Shown here one piece after another: positions 60,227 to 64,000 of a stretch of 64,000 nt of DNA; the stretch's first letter is position 1; every line of letters begins with the position of its first letter. The notes under the pieces were generated by a model. The model was not told the DNA's origin, made no database searches, and saw only the letters and a list, made by a program, of their open reading frames with translations. Both the position numbers and the translations under genes were made by a program. This DNA comes from Azolla caroliniana (Eukaryota > Plantae > Polypodiophyta), in the NCBI GenBank assembly GCA_043228905.1, contig JBHGNT010000021.1:6696001-6760000 (forward strand), read 5' to 3'.

Positions 60227-62248
60227 ATGGAGAATCAACAAGAGGCGATGAACATGATGATGATGATGTTCGAACGGATGCTACAAGAACAACGAGCGAT
60301 GTCGGAGATCACGGGGGCAGTAAAGCGGCTCGTACAACGAAACGGACAATTCAACGGAAACGATGTGTCACGCTATCTACATGACTACAAGGCGGAGATG
60401 ATACGATGTGGGATACCGGAAGGATTGCAAGTGATATCCTTTAGTCGGGTGGCCTCGGACGAACTACAAGAGAGAATCCACAAGATACAACAACAAAACT
60501 CGACATGGGAGTCCTTTGAAGAAGCTTTACGGGAGGCATATGACTATGAGAGATGGACGGGACGAGATCGACGAGAATTCGACGAATGGGTGGCGTCGGA
60601 GAAGACTCACCGAAGTGCAACGCAAGCGTTCCTAGAGTTCGAGCATCATTTTGCTCGACTCTCGGAGCAGGAACGAAGATTGGTGGGAGGAGATAAAGTC
60701 TTAATGTTCGTAAGATCGATCGATCGGAAAGAAAGGATGGACATTGGGATCGAACTCGAAGATGATGACGGTGCGAACGGCCTTACCGAGGATTGGGCTA
60801 AAGTCGAAAGGGTATGCCGAAGACATGATGAAAGGAAGCTGAGAATCTCGTCAACAACGACATGGCCCATGAAGGATGGTCGATTGAGGAAAAACGATGA
60901 AGCCAATATGAAGGCCGAAATACAACATGATGGTACCACGGGAGAAAGAGTGGAACAAGACACCCACTCGTCTTGTGAAAGAACGATGGCGAAGGATAAG
61001 GCCGATAATTCAAGTGTAGAAGGAAATTTCGGGATACAAGTGCCCGAGACATCGGGTCAAAAAGGGGTAAGCATAATAGATGTTTGCATAATTGATGCAG
61101 ATAAAGAGTGTGAAGCGGATGTGATTAAGGAGGTAGCCACAAAAGACGAAATCGAATCGGAGGTGGCTATGGACGAATCAATGGCGGATTGCCATATCGA
61201 GACTTCCCCACCACTGATTCCAGAGACTCCGGCGGTTGCGATCGAAAGGCAACGTGAGACCGAAGAGACGGAAGGTGGCGGAGAGAAAACGAATGTCGAA
61301 GCCGACGAATACGATGAAGAGATAGCCGAGAAGAATGCTAAGGGTGAAACTACGAAAGAAGGTAATACCGAGGATTCATGCCAACAATATCTAGAGACTT
61401 CGGCGGTTGTGTCCGAGAACCAACGTGAGACCGGAGAGACGGGAGATGGCGGCGAGGAAGGTAAAGTCGGAAGTCGGTTCGGATGGAAAATGATCCATCC
61501 GAAATTCCAATCTAAAAGAAAGTGCGACAATGCGGAGGTCGGGTCTACGACGGGAGAAGCGCGTAATACAGAGCACGCTCTACGGCGAATAAAGAAACGC
61601 GTGTTATGGAGAATAAAGAAGCACGCGCTACGGCGAGAAAAGAAGCATGCATTACAACCACACGAGGACCGAACAACGAGCACATATCGGAGGACCTACG
61701 TAGCGAACAACGGAAAGAAGTGCCGAAAGTTGAACCGGACAAGGCAGGTGAAAACGAAGAAAAGAAAGCAAATCCGGACGAAAAGAAAAGAAAAGAAACC
61801 GACCCGAAAGAGCACTGAATCGGTAAAAACTGATCAACCGAGTCCGGATCGACCGAATACAAATCGGAAAGGAAGCCGAACTAAACGAAAGACGATCCGA
61901 CGAGACCGAATCGGAAGTAAGCTAATCCGACTAAACCGAAAATCCGAAAAGAAGTCGAGATTGATGAAGAAAAGAAAGAGGGCAAGAAAAGATACTACCG
62001 CGGATGACAAGGACCAAGCGGGCCATGCAAAAAGCGAACATAGAATATGGTGGATCGGATGGCGACAATGGTTCGGGTGGAAAGAATGGGTCTACTCCAA
62101 ATGGAGAGACAAAGTCAACATAACAAGAGAAGTCGAGGGTACTACGAGCCGGCAACGAAACCAATCGGGTAGAGACCGGACGGAGGAGACTAACAAACAC
62201 CAACAACTTCGGCACATACCGGAGGATGTGCGGGTTTGGAGGGGGTGA
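60227..62248 (+). CDS. Gag-like protein with an acidic linker and a basic/Trp-rich C-terminal extension; no pol domains
   Basis: N-terminus homologous to the 52614-54653 gag (LVQRNGQFNG.DVSRYL.DYK.EM.RC); uninterrupted ORF; no protease or RT motifs. Confidence 0.8.
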   Translation: MENQQEAMNMMMMMFERMLQEQRAMSEITGAVKRLVQRNGQFNGNDVSRYLHDYKAEMIRCGIPEGLQVISFSRVASDELQERIHKIQQQNSTWESFEEALREAYDYERWTGRDRREFDEWVASEKTHRSATQAFLEFEHHFARLSEQERRLVGGDKVLMFVRSIDRKERMDIGIELEDDDGANGLTEDWAKVERVCRRHDERKLRISSTTTWPMKDGRLRKNDEANMKAEIQHDGTTGERVEQDTHSSCERTMAKDKADNSSVEGNFGIQVPETSGQKGVSIIDVCIIDADKECEADVIKEVATKDEIESEVAMDESMADCHIETSPPLIPETPAVAIERQRETEETEGGGEKTNVEADEYDEEIAEKNAKGETTKEGNTEDSCQQYLETSAVVSENQRETGETGDGGEEGKVGSRFGWKMIHPKFQSKRKCDNAEVGSTTGEARNTEHALRRIKKRVLWRIKKHALRREKKHALQPHEDRTTSTYRRTYVANNGKKCRKLNRTRQVKTKKRKQIRTKRKEKKPTRKSTESVKTDQPSPDRPNTNRKGSRTKRKTIRRDRIGSKLIRLNRKSEKKSRLMKKRKRARKDTTADDKDQAGHAKSEHRIWWIGWRQWFGWKEWVYSKWRDKVNITREVEGTTSRQRNQSGRDRTEETNKHQQLRHIPEDVRVWRG

Positions 62249-64000
62249 GTGTCGTAGTGTATTTTGTACACTACGTGAAAAACGTATATAGTATTAGATT
62301 CAATAAAAAATGAAGAAATAGAAGAAAATAGCAAAATAAATGGAACATGCATAGGGCAAGATTCGAACCTTGCACCTCCATGTTAATAATGTAATGTCTT
62401 ACCATTACACTAGCATTTCATTAGTGTTAAAGCATAGATGTCCCACATAGAAAGGTAAATTCACGCTAGGATAAACATTAGAAAAACGCATAACAAAAGA
62501 AAAAGCTACACATACACATCTAGCGTGCATGATAAAAAACGCACAAGTTAGAAAAAAGCATGATCACTTTAGATAAAGCATATAGTCTATCTATAGGAAA
62601 AGCATGGGGTCTATAGTTAGAGAAAAAGCATGGATTACTAAGACTTCCTCATCACTACATAAGGATGGGGAGCACAATGTAATTGTGTGTGAAAAATATT
62701 TGGAAACTGGATATGTTTCTAAAAAACACCAATTAATAAACTATACTCGTGGGATTCACGAGAATTCTATATCATTCTCTTTCAACCGAAGTTTATATTC
62801 TTATATTCATATTGATTAATCTAATACAATACACTCGTGGGATTCACGAGTTTGCTATAACTCTTTCTTACAACATATTTATATTCTTATTAGCCTTAAA
62901 ACTCTCCTCTTCCTAGTCCAAAACCCCAGTGGTTCCCACCCGACTCACGCAAACGATCCGGAGCCGAAAGGCACGACACCGTATCTGTTTTGTTGATAGT
63001 CTTGGTTGTGATTGAAAGTATTGCAATGATATAGTATCAATCACTACCTTTGTGAATTTAACTTGCACATAATGCCTCCACTTCCGTAGTGCATATACTA
63101 CAGTGAGCATTTCTTTCTTGTGGGTAGGCCATCTACTTTCTATTTCTGAAAACGTTTTTGACTCGTATGCAATTGGATGACCATCCTGCATTAGGACTGC
63201 CTGCCCCATACGCATAATCTGATGCATCAATATGAATTTCAAAAGGCCTAGTGAAATTCGGTAGTTTCAACACTGGATGAGAACACACTGCCTCCTTCAA
63301 CTAGTCAAAAGCATGTTGTTCTATTTCGGACCACTTAAATGCTTGCGAGCCTTTGATAAGATTTGTGAGTGGAGCAGCAATTGCACTAAAATTCTTAATA
63401 AACTTCCTGACATATTGTACAAAACCAATGAATTGTTGTACCTCAATTACTTTGGTGGGTCGTGGCCATTTCTAAACCGCATCCACCTTAGCGGGATCCA
63501 TCTTTAGTCCGTCTCTTCCTACTCGGAACTTGAGAAACTCTAGCTCCCTTGTGGCAAATTCTCATTTCTCGGGTTTGGCGTAAAATTGATGCTCCCGTAA
63601 TCTCTATAGAACTTGGGTGACATGTTGTTTATGCTCTTCCAACAACTTGCTAAAAATCAACAGATCATCAATATAAATATTAACAAATTTATCCAAATAA
63701 TCTCGAAATATTTCATTCCCAAGTCTACAAAAGGTTCATGGTGCTCTGGTTAGGCCAAAACTCATCACAAGCCATTCAAAACTTCCATATCTCATTCTGA
63801 AGGTTGTTTTCTCAATATCTTCTGTGGCTATTCAGATCTGGTGATATCTGGATCGTAAATCAATGCGAGAGAAATATTGGGCTCCTTGTAATTGATCCAA
63901 TAGGTTAGGTATTAAAGGTAATGGATACTTACTTTTTATTGTAATCTTATTGAGTGATCTGTAATCCATACACATGCGTAGTGTGCCATCTTTCTTAGCC

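Larger units (their letters stand above)
59461..62978 (+). mobile_element. Very young non-autonomous gag-only LTR retroelement
   Basis: LTRs 59461-60188 and 62250-62978 appear identical apart from one A; perfect 4-bp TSD CCGT; Trp PBS at 60193; PPT GGAGGGGGTGAG. Confidence 0.95.
56755..64000 (-). mobile_element. Decayed gypsy chromovirus hosting two nested insertions; extends beyond the window
   Basis: RT 63500-64000 ([21 protein letters not shown]), RH 62979-63260 and 59082-59460, integrase end and chromodomain 57690-58090; 3' LTR begins TGTTACA at 57613 (left limit approximate). Confidence 0.8.

Overview
Eukaryotic land-plant DNA, most likely a seed-free plant such as a fern (inferred from Tcn1-like and Phygy-like retroelements). 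It is mostly a stack of nested transposons: three Ty1/copia elements plus copia-type solo LTRs, several Ty3/gypsy elements, a degenerate hAT transposon, two hAT MITEs, a TIR element filled with palindromes, and a LINE fragment. Host genes are two spliced minus-strand MYG1 exonuclease paralogues and two copies of a small single-TM glycine-rich protein inside a local segmental duplication. The most notable signals are: (i) tRNA-like Pol III A/B-box cassettes inside the LTRs of several distinct gypsy families; (ii) a tRNA-Trp-primed gypsy group with 4-bp CpG-centred target-site duplications, a conserved pre-PPT hairpin and gag-only derivatives; (iii) a MYG1 paralogue with an intact core that has lost both its transit peptide and its putative NLS. 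All calls were read by eye; no searches were run.
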